Shown here one piece after another: positions 26,189-36,121 of a DNA stretch of 40,361 nt. Both the position numbers and the translations under genes were made by a program. The stretch spans positions 1 to 40,361 of the forward strand of contig DAIDJN010000086.1 in NCBI GenBank assembly GCA_027451365.1. The letters are read 5' to 3'. The notes below the pieces were generated by a model that had not been told where the DNA came from, did not search any database, and saw nothing but the letters and a program-made list of their open reading frames with translations. This stretch comes from Phycisphaerales bacterium. GTDB taxonomy: Bacteria; Planctomycetota; Phycisphaerae; WQYP01. Positions within the stretch are counted from its first letter, which is position 1. Every line of letters starts with the position of its first letter.

Positions 26189-28042
26189 ATGACAGACAAA
26201 AAGCCAATATCATCACAAACGCCTCTCCCGGAGTCTTTTGTCCTGCGACAGGTCGCCTGGTCGGAGGTGCTGGATTTTTGCCAGATTTTTCGCGCCTTTC
26301 GGCTGGCCATACAGCCGGCAAACTGGCTGGCTGCGTTGCTGGCGATAGTATGTATTTATTCTGCCGGGCGGTTGCTGGACGGGGTGTGGGGGCCGCAAGT
26401 TTTGCCGGGTGAAATCAGTACGTTTCAAACCATGAATGCGGCCCATTACCGGGCCTATGTCCTGCAGGCTCAGGAGAATCGGCAGCAGCTTCTGACACAG
26501 GTATTGGATACATACGCGGGAAATTTATCCGCCGCCCGGATTCAGGCGGAAAGCCAAAACCCGCGAGCGGCCTATGCCACTCTGCGCAATGCATTTGAAA
26601 AGCAGTTTCACCGCAGCGTGACCGATTCATATAGGATTACGCCAACCGCCGCCGATGGAACCAGCATTAAGCCGGCAAAATTGCGCAGGCGGGCGGCCAA
26701 AATGCTGCTGGCCCAGATGGTTGCGATACGGCACACGGCCGGGCGTGGAATTTTTGATGCGATTTTAAAATTTGAATGTCATCAGTTTTCCCGACTGATT
26801 GATAATTCGCTGGGTTTAATCCGCATCGCACCTGACCGAACCCCCGTCAACTCGCCGGATGATGCCACCGCCGCCCCGGTTTGGCAGATTCAGGTGGGGC
26901 TGGCCCCGCGATCCATCCATCGGCTCTGGAAATCAGATACCGTTGCTGGGTGTCTGGCGAATATGTGCATCACCGGTCCGAGTTGGCTGTTGCTGGGTGC
27001 CGCGCCCATGCAGAGGGCCGCACATGAGGGGGTGCTGTCGCTGCTGTGTCGCCGGACGGGGTATCTGCTTAGTTTGCTGGCATTTCTTGTGATCAGCCTG
27101 GCCGCCATCGCGTTTGCCGGGGCCTTTATCTGCCGTTATTCAGCATTGACGTTGGCCGGTGCCCAACCCGAAGCGCGTCCAGTGGTGCGGTTTGTGCGGT
27201 CTCACCTCGGTTCGTTCATTAAAGCGCCACTTTTGCCACTTGCGACCATCATTGGCACATCTATCGGATTTGGCCTTATTGCAATGGTCGGGGCGATCCC
27301 GCTTGTCGGGGAAGTGCTGATCGGATTTGGTTTTGTGATTTTCCTGATTGGCGGCCTGATTATCATGCTTATGGTCCTGGGCCTGTTGGGCGGGGCGAGC
27401 CTAATTTACCCCACGCTTGCGGTGGAAGGTTCCGATTCTTTTGATGCCATTAGCCGTAGCTTCAGCTATGTGTATTCGCGCCCATGGCGGATGCTTTTTT
27501 ATTCGATCTGCTCCCTGATTTATGGGACGCTGACCTATCTTTTTCTGACGGTCGCGCTGTTTGTACTGCTGTATGCCGCACATGCGGTAGTGGCCCAGGG
27601 CATGAGCTTTTTTGGTACCACCCACGGCTGGTATACCGGCGGGGGAAAGCTGGACAGCATGTGGGAGACTCCTCGACTTGGACAGCTTATTCCACCCATT
27701 AACTGGTGGGCGATGAACTGGAGCGAATATTTAGGGGCCATGGGCCTGTATTTCTGGCTTTTTATGCTGGTGAGCCTGCTCGGGGCGTTTGCCATGTCGT
27801 TTTACTTCAGCAGCAGTACCATCATTTATCTGCTCGTCCGCCAGAACGTGGATGGACAGCCGGTCACGGATATATTTGCGGACCCATCCACCGGATCGCC
27901 GGAAAACGGTCGCCGCGGACTCGTGCCCGTCGACACGACCGCGGCGCGATCCGCGATTGCGCCGCCGGAGGATACTGGTACGCCGGCCGGCGGACAATCG
28001 GAAGAGGGGCCAATTGACCAGGCCGGACCAGCCGCATCATGA
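26189..28042 (+). CDS. Uncharacterised polytopic membrane protein
   Basis: Long ORF with an N-terminal TM, a large soluble loop and several hydrophobic segments; EGSDSFDAISRSFSYVYSRPW, IYLLVR..VD. Start set at MTDKK. Confidence 0.75.
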   Translation: MTDKKPISSQTPLPESFVLRQVAWSEVLDFCQIFRAFRLAIQPANWLAALLAIVCIYSAGRLLDGVWGPQVLPGEISTFQTMNAAHYRAYVLQAQENRQQLLTQVLDTYAGNLSAARIQAESQNPRAAYATLRNAFEKQFHRSVTDSYRITPTAADGTSIKPAKLRRRAAKMLLAQMVAIRHTAGRGIFDAILKFECHQFSRLIDNSLGLIRIAPDRTPVNSPDDATAAPVWQIQVGLAPRSIHRLWKSDTVAGCLANMCITGPSWLLLGAAPMQRAAHEGVLSLLCRRTGYLLSLLAFLVISLAAIAFAGAFICRYSALTLAGAQPEARPVVRFVRSHLGSFIKAPLLPLATIIGTSIGFGLIAMVGAIPLVGEVLIGFGFVIFLIGGLIIMLMVLGLLGGASLIYPTLAVEGSDSFDAISRSFSYVYSRPWRMLFYSICSLIYGTLTYLFLTVALFVLLYAAHAVVAQGMSFFGTTHGWYTGGGKLDSMWETPRLGQLIPPINWWAMNWSEYLGAMGLYFWLFMLVSLLGAFAMSFYFSSSTIIYLLVRQNVDGQPVTDIFADPSTGSPENGRRGLVPVDTTAARSAIAPPEDTGTPAGGQSEEGPIDQAGPAAS

Positions 28043-29241
28043 AACAAGACATTTCAACACTTTCCGAACTTTGCAACGTGCCGACCGCGCCCTATGCCGA
28101 GGCCTACGCCGCGGCTTGCGTTCGTTCGTGGGCGGCCGAGCCGCAACGCCGAAATAAAATTCTTGTCCAGTCGGATGCCGTGGGGAATCTGCATTTGCTT
28201 TACCAGTGCGGTTCGCCGGGGCGATCTGAACTGGTGCTGGAAGCCCATTTGGACCACCCTGGCTTTCTGGTGGAAAAAATTCTGCCCGACGGCACCCTTG
28301 AAGCCATTTTCCGCGGGGGCGTCAAACCGTCCTCTTTTGATCGGGCCGCGGTGCGTATATGGCATCCAGAGTGCCCACTGGCTTTACCGCATGACACGGC
28401 ACAAAAGCCCGTCGGCCTATGGATTCCCACACGCGTGCTTTCCGTGCAACCGGCGATTGGTAATCAGCCGTTACGGGTTATTTTGGCCAAGCCGGACGGT
28501 CCTGCCGCAGACAGCATACTGCCCGGTTCGATCGGAATGTGGGCTTTGCCCGACGCACTGACCATAGGTCGGTTGTTTGCCGCGCGTGTGTGCGATGACC
28601 TGGCCGGGGTGGCCGTCGGGCTTTATGTGTTAGATGAACTTATTGCCCGGGGCGCGGCGGTAAATGTCCGGCTGTTGCTGACGCGCGCCGAGGAAGTGGG
28701 CTTCGCTGGAGCTTTGGCCGTGGCCAGCCGCGGGCTGATTCCGGCTTCGTCATGCATTATCGGCATCGAAACCAGCATGGCGATGGCTCACGTTCCCCAG
28801 GGGCGGGGGCCGGTTATTCGCGTGGGGGATAAATCGTTGACTTTCAGTCCGGCGTTGACACGCTTTCTTTCCATGCAAGCCGGCGGAATTGCGGATACGG
28901 ACAATTCCTATCTTTACCAGCGGCAGCTTATGGATGGCGGCACATGCGATTCAAGCGCGTTTGCCGCTTTCGGATACGACACCGCCGCCGTCTGCCTGGC
29001 TTTGGGAAATTATCACAACATGGCCCAGCTGCAAATGAACGCGGCCATCCCAACGGCCGGCCCGCACATTGCCGCCGAGACCATTCACCTGGACGATTTT
29101 TTTGGACTGGTGCGGCTCCTGACCGATGCTGCGGCAAATTTTGACAGCTATACACCGGACCATGCGGCTTTGCGTCAGCGTCTGGCGTCTATGCACGAAC
29201 GGGACCAACGGCAACTGCTGGAATCGTTCAAGGTTGTTTAG
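28039..29241 (+). CDS. M20/M42-like metallo-hydrolase (clan MH peptidase)
   Basis: Metal-ligand motifs AHLDH, DDLAG, AEEVG, IETS, YHN; also DGGTCD. ATGA overlap with the upstream gene. Confidence 0.85.
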   Translation: MKQDISTLSELCNVPTAPYAEAYAAACVRSWAAEPQRRNKILVQSDAVGNLHLLYQCGSPGRSELVLEAHLDHPGFLVEKILPDGTLEAIFRGGVKPSSFDRAAVRIWHPECPLALPHDTAQKPVGLWIPTRVLSVQPAIGNQPLRVILAKPDGPAADSILPGSIGMWALPDALTIGRLFAARVCDDLAGVAVGLYVLDELIARGAAVNVRLLLTRAEEVGFAGALAVASRGLIPASSCIIGIETSMAMAHVPQGRGPVIRVGDKSLTFSPALTRFLSMQAGGIADTDNSYLYQRQLMDGGTCDSSAFAAFGYDTAAVCLALGNYHNMAQLQMNAAIPTAGPHIAAETIHLDDFFGLVRLLTDAAANFDSYTPDHAALRQRLASMHERDQRQLLESFKVV

Positions 29242-29352
29242 ATACTGCACGAGTTTGGCAGGGACTTAACGGAATGGCCAAAGCGGGCTACACTATCGGG
29301 AAAGGGCCGGTTCCGTGTACCGGCTGGCACTGAACGCAGAAAAGGAATCCAA

Positions 29353-30651
29353 ATGCCCATAGAAATCACCATGCCCAAATTATCCGACACCATGACCGAT
29401 GGCACGCTGGTACGCTGGGCTAAAAAGGAAAACGATGTTATCAAGCCTGGCGATATCATTGCCGAAGTTGAAACCGACAAAGCCACCCAGGAACTTGAAG
29501 CGTTTGAAGCAGGAACCGTGGCCAAAATCGTAATTCCCGAAGGCGGAAAAGTCCCGGTGGGAGGCTTGATTGTAGTGCTGGCTAAACCGGGTGAAGATGT
29601 CGCCGCAGTGGCCAAAGCGGCCAGTGCCGGTGGTGCCAAGGCACCCACAGCCGCGGCATCGTCGGTGGCACCATCCGTGGCCGCTCCAGTCCCCGTGATA
29701 CCACAATCGCCCACTCCCGGTCCTTTACCCGCGCCGGTGCCAATTTCCCCGGCAATAATTGCCCCGGTGCCGCCAATTGGGCAGAAACAGCGCGTTTCGC
29801 CACTGGCCCGCAAGATTGCGTTGGAAACCGGTGTGAATCTTGCCGGGCTTCAGGGGACGGGGCCGGACGGCCGAATTATCAAACGCGATGTGTTGGCCGC
29901 ACCAACCGCGGCAGCAGTTTCAACGGTCGCAAAGGCCGGCAAAGCCGCTCCGATGCCGGCGATTCGGCTGGAAGCCAAAACCATCCCGCTTTCCAGCATA
30001 CGTCAGACGATTGCCCGCCGGCTTCTGGAGGCCAAACAGACCATACCGCATTTTTATGTTTCCATTGATGTGCAGATGGATGCCCTGCTTTCCCTGCGGA
30101 AATCCGCCAATGAACAACTTGCCCCGGTCAAGCTCAGTGTGACCGATTTTATCGCCAAGGCAGTAGCCACGGCCATCGCTCAAACCCCGGCAATAAATGC
30201 CAGCTTTACGCCCACGGCCATTGTGCAGCACGGCACGGTGAATCTGGGTATCGCCGTCGCCATTGAGGATGGCCTGGTTGTGCCGGTGATTCGCGACGCG
30301 CAAGACAAAGGTATTCGCCAGATATCTGCCCAGATAAAGGAACTGGCCGAACTGGCGCGGGCGAAAAAGCTTAAGGCCAATCAGATGGGTGGAAGTACCT
30401 TTACCATCAGCAACCTCGGAATGTACGGCATTCGTGAATTTCAGGCCATTGTAAACCCTCCCGAGGCGGCCATTCTTGCGGTGGGGGGTACCGAAGCGCG
30501 GCCCGTGGTAAAAAATGGCCAGGTTGTCCCCGCTCAGGTAATGACGCTTTCGCTTTCATCCGACCACCGCGTGGTGGATGGCGCTCTGGCGGCGGAATTC
30601 CTCAGCAAGCTCAAGGAAATTCTGGAAAATCCCCTGGCAATGTTGATATAG
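29353..30651 (+). CDS. pdhC: Pyruvate dehydrogenase E2, dihydrolipoamide acetyltransferase
   Basis: MPKLSDTM, lipoyl motif VETDKA, Ala/Pro linker, E3-binding SPLARKIA..GTGPDGRI, catalytic DHRVVDG. SD AAAGGA. Confidence 0.93.
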   Translation: MPIEITMPKLSDTMTDGTLVRWAKKENDVIKPGDIIAEVETDKATQELEAFEAGTVAKIVIPEGGKVPVGGLIVVLAKPGEDVAAVAKAASAGGAKAPTAAASSVAPSVAAPVPVIPQSPTPGPLPAPVPISPAIIAPVPPIGQKQRVSPLARKIALETGVNLAGLQGTGPDGRIIKRDVLAAPTAAAVSTVAKAGKAAPMPAIRLEAKTIPLSSIRQTIARRLLEAKQTIPHFYVSIDVQMDALLSLRKSANEQLAPVKLSVTDFIAKAVATAIAQTPAINASFTPTAIVQHGTVNLGIAVAIEDGLVVPVIRDAQDKGIRQISAQIKELAELARAKKLKANQMGGSTFTISNLGMYGIREFQAIVNPPEAAILAVGGTEARPVVKNGQVVPAQVMTLSLSSDHRVVDGALAAEFLSKLKEILENPLAMLI

Positions 30652-30790
30652 CCACGGGACGGCGTCGTACAAATTATTTTAATCGCGACCTTGGAAACGA
30701 TTTTGAATCGTGGCTTCAATGGTGCCCGCGCGGCAAAAGATGATAGTCGTGTGCTGGCTATTGGCAATGTCCAGAGCGCTGCATTCGCCG

Positions 30791-31534
30791 TCAACCGCTG
30801 GCCGCAAGGGTGTCCGTGGTCATTCGAAGCATTTCTCCCTGGCGGATTTCACGGAAGAAAAGGTCCAGATAGTGCCGCAGCCGCCGATTGGGGTCGTCCA
30901 GTTGGCCGCCAAAATGGCGGTTTGGATCGTTGTAAATAAGTCGCACCGGGTGTTCCTCGATTTTAAGTCCGGCCTGTGCCGCGCGAACCCAGAATTGCAT
31001 CGGAAATGCATAGCCGCGTTCGGTCAGTCGCAATTCCGCCATGGCGTCAACGCGGTGAGCCTTGAATCCGCAGAAGCTGTCCGTGAGTTCCAGATTCAGA
31101 TTCCGGTTGATGACCTGCGTCATCAGCATGTTGATCATGCGGCGATCCGCGGGAGGGTCTCCTTCGCGAACCAGTTCATGCATATACCGCGTGCCGCTGA
31201 TAATATCCGCCTCATCAAGGACTGCCCGCGCCACAAATTCCGGAATTTTGGCCGGCTCATGCTGCTGGTCGCAATCGATCGTGATCACCCATTTGTATCT
31301 GTTGCGCGATGCATAAGAAAACGCGTCTATCAGACTTTGGCCATATCCCATATTGCGGCGATGCCGTAAAACTTCAATATCTCCGATCGTTTTAAGAATT
31401 TGCGGTGTGGTATCAGAAGAACCGTCGTCCACCACCAGTACATCGGCGGCCGGCGAATGCGCGACAATATCCCCTAGCACCTTTTTCAGGTGACGCTCTT
31501 CATTGAATACAGGTACTGCCACCAGAACATTCAT
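30791..31534 (-). CDS. Glycosyltransferase family 2 (polyprenol-phosphate mannosyltransferase-like)
   Basis: Start MNVLVAVPVFNEE; VVDDGSSD, N.GYG, IDCD.QH, GTRY, TDSFCGFKA. The longer ORF overlaps the upstream gene. Confidence 0.88.
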   Translation of the reverse strand: MNVLVAVPVFNEERHLKKVLGDIVAHSPAADVLVVDDGSSDTTPQILKTIGDIEVLRHRRNMGYGQSLIDAFSYASRNRYKWVITIDCDQQHEPAKIPEFVARAVLDEADIISGTRYMHELVREGDPPADRRMINMLMTQVINRNLNLELTDSFCGFKAHRVDAMAELRLTERGYAFPMQFWVRAAQAGLKIEEHPVRLIYNDPNRHFGGQLDDPNRRLRHYLDLFFREIRQGEMLRMTTDTLAASG

Positions 31535-31619
31535 TTTTTCACCGCCAGAAACATCACGAAATATAGTAGGAGAGCCATGCGGCAAGTCAAGTACCGCAAC
31601 TCGCAAAGAATTTGTCTCC

Positions 31620-32303
31620 CTATTTTGCAGACAGGTGTGTATGTAAAAAGTCACTGGAACGCTGTTGCGCCAAAGCCGCTGCCTCCGGATTAAAGCTGGC
31701 TCGCTGGTCGCAATTAAAACCATGGTCTGCTTCATAAACGAATATCTGGGCCGCGGGATGGCTTTTTCCAATCCGTTCCACATCGGTGGTGGGAATATGC
31801 TGATCAAGTCGGCCAAAGTGCATCATGACCGGACACTTGGGGATAACGGAAAGGCTCTGGGCGATATATCCCCCATAATACGCGACTGCCGCGGCCACCG
31901 GCAGATTCCCCGCCGATAGCCATGCGAGTGTGCCGCCATAACAATAGCCCAGCACTCCAATTTTCTTGCCTGGCAATTGATCGGAAAGATATCGCACGGT
32001 GGCCGCGATATCCGTGAGTGCGTTGGGAATGGCATTTTCGCGCTTTACAAGATTCATGCCGACCTGAATATCCGCCGGTGCATAGCCAAGTTCCAAGCCA
32101 GGCTGATACCTGTCAAAAAGGCAGGGTGCCACCGCCATCCAGCCTTTTTGTGCCCATGTTGCAGCGCAGTTCTGAATATGTTTATTGACGCCGAATATTT
32201 CCTGTAACACAACCAGTCCTCCCAGGCAATGGCCTTGGGGCAAGGCCTGAAACGCGCCCAATTTATGTCCATCGGCAACTTCAATGCTAATCCATGTATT
32301 CAT
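31620..32303 (-). CDS. Dienelactone hydrolase family protein
   Basis: QEIFGVN.HI, nucleophile motif GYCYGG, HFG..D.HI, YEADHGF. Confidence 0.92.
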   Translation of the reverse strand: MNTWISIEVADGHKLGAFQALPQGHCLGGLVVLQEIFGVNKHIQNCAATWAQKGWMAVAPCLFDRYQPGLELGYAPADIQVGMNLVKRENAIPNALTDIAATVRYLSDQLPGKKIGVLGYCYGGTLAWLSAGNLPVAAAVAYYGGYIAQSLSVIPKCPVMMHFGRLDQHIPTTDVERIGKSHPAAQIFVYEADHGFNCDQRASFNPEAAALAQQRSSDFLHTHLSAK

Positions 32304-32354
32304 AAATATTTATCTCTGTTAAAAAGCGATAATCACAAAAAACAGGCATTCATT

Positions 32355-33485
32355 TCACGAACGTAAGGGGCGCACCATGGCCGCGCCGGGCCAGGAGCCG
32401 CGGATCGCCCGCTGATATTGCGGCGGACAGTGGCGGGATATCTGGTCCGTGGCACCGAGGGCCTCGGCCGCATGCCAACCCCAGCGCGGGTCGTCCAGAA
32501 ATGCGCGGGCCAGGGCCACCATATCTGCCTGACCGGATGCAATAATATCTTCTGCCTGCCGCGGCGTGGCGATCATGCCGACGGCGCGGGTTGTGATGCC
32601 GGATTGCTTTTTTACCGCTTCCGCCAGCGGCACCTGATAATTCGGTCCAACTGGAATTTTTGCCTGCGGCACCAGACCGCCCGATGACACATCTGCATAA
32701 TCTATCCCCATTGCCTTGAGCCGTCGGGCAAATTCGACGGCGTTTTCCAGCGTCCAGCCGCCTTCCATCCAGTCCGTTCCGGTCATGCGCACACCTAGAA
32801 TGACTTCCCGCGGAACAACCGCGCGAACCGCAGCCACCACCTGAAGCGGAAAGCGCATTGCATTTTCCAGATTTCCCCCGAATTCATCCGTCCGGTGATT
32901 GCTTAGCGGTGAAAGAAACTGGTGCAGGAGATAGCCGTGGGTGGCATGAATTTCAATGGCGTCAAAGCCGATGGCTACCGCGCGGCGAGCCGCCTGAACG
33001 AAGCAATCCGCCACCGTTTGCATTCCATGGTTATCCAAGGCGGCGGGAGTGTGCCAGTGCGAATCAAACGGAATGCTGGACGGTGCGACAGTAAGCCAGG
33101 GATCTTCGCCGGGCTTTAAGCATCCATGTTCGGCCGCCCACGGAATATGGGTGGACGCTTTTCTACCTGCATGTGCAAGCTGAATTCCGAACCGGGTCGG
33201 ACCGGACAGCCGTCGGACTTTCGCCATAACATCCGCGAGCGCCGCCGCGCAGCCGTCGGAATAAAGTCCAAGGCAACGATGGGTGATCCGGCCGCGTCGT
33301 TCCACGGCGGTGGCTTCCAGCATCACCAGGCCCGCGCCACTGTATCCAAGCTGGGCCAGATGTTGAAAATGCCAGTCGGTGGCCGCGCCGTCCTCGGCGG
33401 AATACTGGCACATAGGTGCCACGACCAGGCGATTGACCAGCGTGCGCGTGCCAAGCGTGATGGGGGAAAACAAAAGGCTGTTCAT
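32355..33485 (-). CDS. NADH:flavin oxidoreductase (old yellow enzyme, YqjM/NamA-like)
   Basis: NR.VVAPMCQYSA, GIQLAHAGRKAS, EIH..HGYLL.QFLSPLSN.RTD.FGG, DVSSGG, PPQY.R. Start MNSLL. Confidence 0.93.
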   Translation of the reverse strand: MNSLLFSPITLGTRTLVNRLVVAPMCQYSAEDGAATDWHFQHLAQLGYSGAGLVMLEATAVERRGRITHRCLGLYSDGCAAALADVMAKVRRLSGPTRFGIQLAHAGRKASTHIPWAAEHGCLKPGEDPWLTVAPSSIPFDSHWHTPAALDNHGMQTVADCFVQAARRAVAIGFDAIEIHATHGYLLHQFLSPLSNHRTDEFGGNLENAMRFPLQVVAAVRAVVPREVILGVRMTGTDWMEGGWTLENAVEFARRLKAMGIDYADVSSGGLVPQAKIPVGPNYQVPLAEAVKKQSGITTRAVGMIATPRQAEDIIASGQADMVALARAFLDDPRWGWHAAEALGATDQISRHCPPQYQRAIRGSWPGAAMVRPLRS

Positions 33486-33634
33486 AGAGTGTCCATGCTC
33501 CAAAAGGGGTCCACAAGGGGTAATGGTCATTCGCCTCGGCCCGGCGATTCATAAGGCGCAGGATAATCCAATATCCCTGCCGTCGCCGGTGCACCGTGTG
33601 CGGCATTGTTTTATAGCCGTCTGATTGCAGAAAA

Positions 33635-33680
33635 TCAAATATTCATTTGAACTTGACATTTCAAATGGTTGTTTTAAAAT
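33635..33680 (+). promoter_or_regulatory. Sigma70 promoter of the TetR-efflux operon with overlapping palindromic operators
   Basis: TTGACA (33653-33658), 16 bp, TAAAAT (33675-33680). Perfect TCAAAT-N4-ATTTGA at 33635-33650; imperfect TCAAAT-N4-GTTTTA at 33661-33676. Confidence 0.65.
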
Positions 33681-33783
33681 GTGAACATGCTGGCGGGCTG
33701 CGGCCGGGCGGTGCACCGTGTGTGTCACCCGCTGTTGGCCCCATGCCAAGCTGCCACAGGAATCGCAACCGGATGATGCGGAC

Positions 33784-34596
33784 ATGATACGAAATTCTAA
33801 GAGCCATGCGCCGGGCGCCTTTGTCGCTAGCGGGCCGCTTCCGGCCGAGGCGGCGCCCGCCGCCCCTGCCTTGTTGACTGGTGCGGATTCCACGCGCACG
33901 CGTCTTCTGCTTGCTGCCGGCGAGGCCTTCGCCGAGCATGGCTTTCACGGCACCACCATTGGCATGATTTGCAAAGCCGCCGGGGCGAATATCGCCGCGG
34001 TCAATTACCATTTTGGCGGCAAAGAACGCCTGTATGAGGAAACGATTAAATTCGGTCGTGCCAGTTGCAGCCATTCGCGGCTGCTGGAATCCGATGAGCT
34101 GGCCCGCATGGAACCGCGTGCGGCGCTTCGGGCGTTTATTGATGCATATATTCAGACGCTGCTTCGGAAAGACCGTTTGCAGTGGCACACCCGAATCATT
34201 TGCCGCGAACTCGCCGAGCCGACGCCCGCTCTGGAGGCATTTATACGGGATGTGATCAAGTTGCGCCGCAAACGGCTGGGCGATATCATTCATCGCCTCG
34301 CCACCCGGCGATTAGGTCCCGGAGAAATGGATATGCTGATCGAAAGCATTATCGCTCAGGGACAGTTTTATTACCGGTGTCGGCCGATCATTCTGCGGCT
34401 GCGCGGCAAAGACCATTTTGACGCTGGCGGGTTGCGTGAAATCGTGGATCACATCACCCGGTTTTCGCTTGGAGGCATTGCCGCAATCGCAGAAGGTGGA
34501 CCGTCGCTGAATGTAAATCCACCTTTCGCGGCCGGGCATCACGCCGGCAAGGCGGATCGCGCCGTGGCGGGTGGCACGGGCGCCAAACCGAGGTGA
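33784..34596 (+). CDS. TetR-family regulator (CecR/YbiH-like, DUF1956-type C-terminus)
   Basis: HTH TR.RLL.AA.E.FAE.GF..TT...IC..AG.NIAAVNYHFGGKE.LY; also RELAEPT and I..FSL.GI. Start uncertain. Confidence 0.88.
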   Translation: MIRNSKSHAPGAFVASGPLPAEAAPAAPALLTGADSTRTRLLLAAGEAFAEHGFHGTTIGMICKAAGANIAAVNYHFGGKERLYEETIKFGRASCSHSRLLESDELARMEPRAALRAFIDAYIQTLLRKDRLQWHTRIICRELAEPTPALEAFIRDVIKLRRKRLGDIIHRLATRRLGPGEMDMLIESIIAQGQFYYRCRPIILRLRGKDHFDAGGLREIVDHITRFSLGGIAAIAEGGPSLNVNPPFAAGHHAGKADRAVAGGTGAKPR

Positions 34597-34708
34597 AATC
34601 GGCGGTCCGCTGTCCGGGGGTAAAAGCAAAAAGTCCGGGGGTAGCAGGACTCGCGGCAGCCGAACGGAAATTCAATGGGTCAGTTTTGGTACAATCAGGA
34701 GTTGCAAG

Positions 34709-36121
34709 ATGAGTAATGTCTCGTCCACTGGCAGCAGCGCCCGGGCGGGCGCAGCAGCGCCCATGAACGCGGGTGAACCGACCGCTGCCGGAGGTTCGTC
34801 TGTGGCCGCGCCCCCGCCCAACGGAGCCGGCAGGCGAAAGAAAATATTTATCATCGGAGGCGGCATTTTGCTGGTGCTGGGGCTGGCGGTGGGTGTTCCA
34901 TGGTATATTCATTCACAAAAATATATGTCTACAGATGATGCCTTTGTGCAGGCTCATGTGGTTCAGATTGCACCGCAAATTGCCGCGCCGGTGCTCGCTG
35001 TGCGGGTTCTGGATAACCAGTTTGTGAAAAAGGGCACGGTTCTTGTCACCCTTGACCCTCGAAACTATCTGGCCCAGTTGTACAGAATCAAGGCCCAGCT
35101 TGCGTCCGCGCGGGCCGCGGCTGTCGGCAAGCAGTTTGACCTGGCGCTCGTCAATAAAACTTCCAGCGCCGCCTACTCGCAGGCCCAGGCGCAGGTCGTC
35201 ATTGCCCAGGCCAGCATTGCCGTCGGCAGAGCGGCGATTGCCCAGTCACAAAGCACGCTGGCGCAGGCCAGAGCCATGGTGCTTTCGGCTAAGGCGGATA
35301 TCGCCCGTGCCACAGCCCAGGTACAGGCCGCGCAAGCCCAGGCCGTCATGGCGAAAGACGATTTTCACCGCTATGCCACATTGCTTAAAACCGGGGATGT
35401 AACACCGGTGCAACTTGAGAGTTATCGTGCCGCTTCGATTACCGCTCAGGCGAATGTCACCGCCGCCCGGAAAAATGTCCTCGCCAAAGTGGCCGCGTTG
35501 ACGCAGGCAAATGCGGCGGTTCATGCGGCCCGCCAGGGGGTTCTGGCAGCGCGGGCTCAATTGAATCAGGCCGCCGCCGGTCTTCAGAAATCGCAGGCGC
35601 AGCTTGCCGCTGTCAATGTTGTTCCGGAAGAGATTGGGCGCAAGACCAGCAGCTTTCAAAGCCAGTCGGCGCAGGTGGCGGAATTAAAGGCCGCCCTGCG
35701 GCAGGCCATGCTGAATCTTTCCTATTGCGTCATTAAAGCGCCGGTCAGCGGTTATGTCACGCAAAAGTCCGTTGAGCCGGGAGATTACGTAACCGCTGGC
35801 CAGATACTTCTTAGCATTGTGCGGCCCAACATGTGGGTCATCGCCAATTTTAAGGAAACCGCGCTGACGAAAATGAAACCCGGCGATCCGGTCACCATCA
35901 GCATAGATGCTTATCCGAACTATACGTTTGATGGATATGTACAAAGCATTCAAGCCGGCACCGGCGCATCATTCAGCTTGCTTCCGCCGGAAAACGCGAC
36001 AGGCAATTATGTCAAGGTTGTGCAACGTGTACCGGTCAAAATTCTGTTTAAGAACCTCCCGAAAAAAATGCCCTATTTGGCCTCCGGAATGTCGGCTGTG
36101 CCGGAGGTAAAAGTCCAATGA
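34709..36121 (+). CDS. EmrA/HlyD-family efflux periplasmic adaptor
   Basis: SD AGGAG; TM anchor; STDDAFV; long Ala-rich coiled coil; ANFKET; GASFSLLPPENATGNYVKVVQRVPV. Confidence 0.92.
   Translation: MSNVSSTGSSARAGAAAPMNAGEPTAAGGSSVAAPPPNGAGRRKKIFIIGGGILLVLGLAVGVPWYIHSQKYMSTDDAFVQAHVVQIAPQIAAPVLAVRVLDNQFVKKGTVLVTLDPRNYLAQLYRIKAQLASARAAAVGKQFDLALVNKTSSAAYSQAQAQVVIAQASIAVGRAAIAQSQSTLAQARAMVLSAKADIARATAQVQAAQAQAVMAKDDFHRYATLLKTGDVTPVQLESYRAASITAQANVTAARKNVLAKVAALTQANAAVHAARQGVLAARAQLNQAAAGLQKSQAQLAAVNVVPEEIGRKTSSFQSQSAQVAELKAALRQAMLNLSYCVIKAPVSGYVTQKSVEPGDYVTAGQILLSIVRPNMWVIANFKETALTKMKPGDPVTISIDAYPNYTFDGYVQSIQAGTGASFSLLPPENATGNYVKVVQRVPVKILFKNLPKKMPYLASGMSAVPEVKVQ

Noticed and set aside
31535..31816. 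N-terminal extension of the GT2 ORF
   Set aside because: It overlaps the dienelactone hydrolase gene in another frame; the GT2 fold begins at MNVLVAVPV (31534).
33661..34293. 210-aa minus-strand ORF
   Set aside because: Antisense to the TetR gene and running into its promoter.
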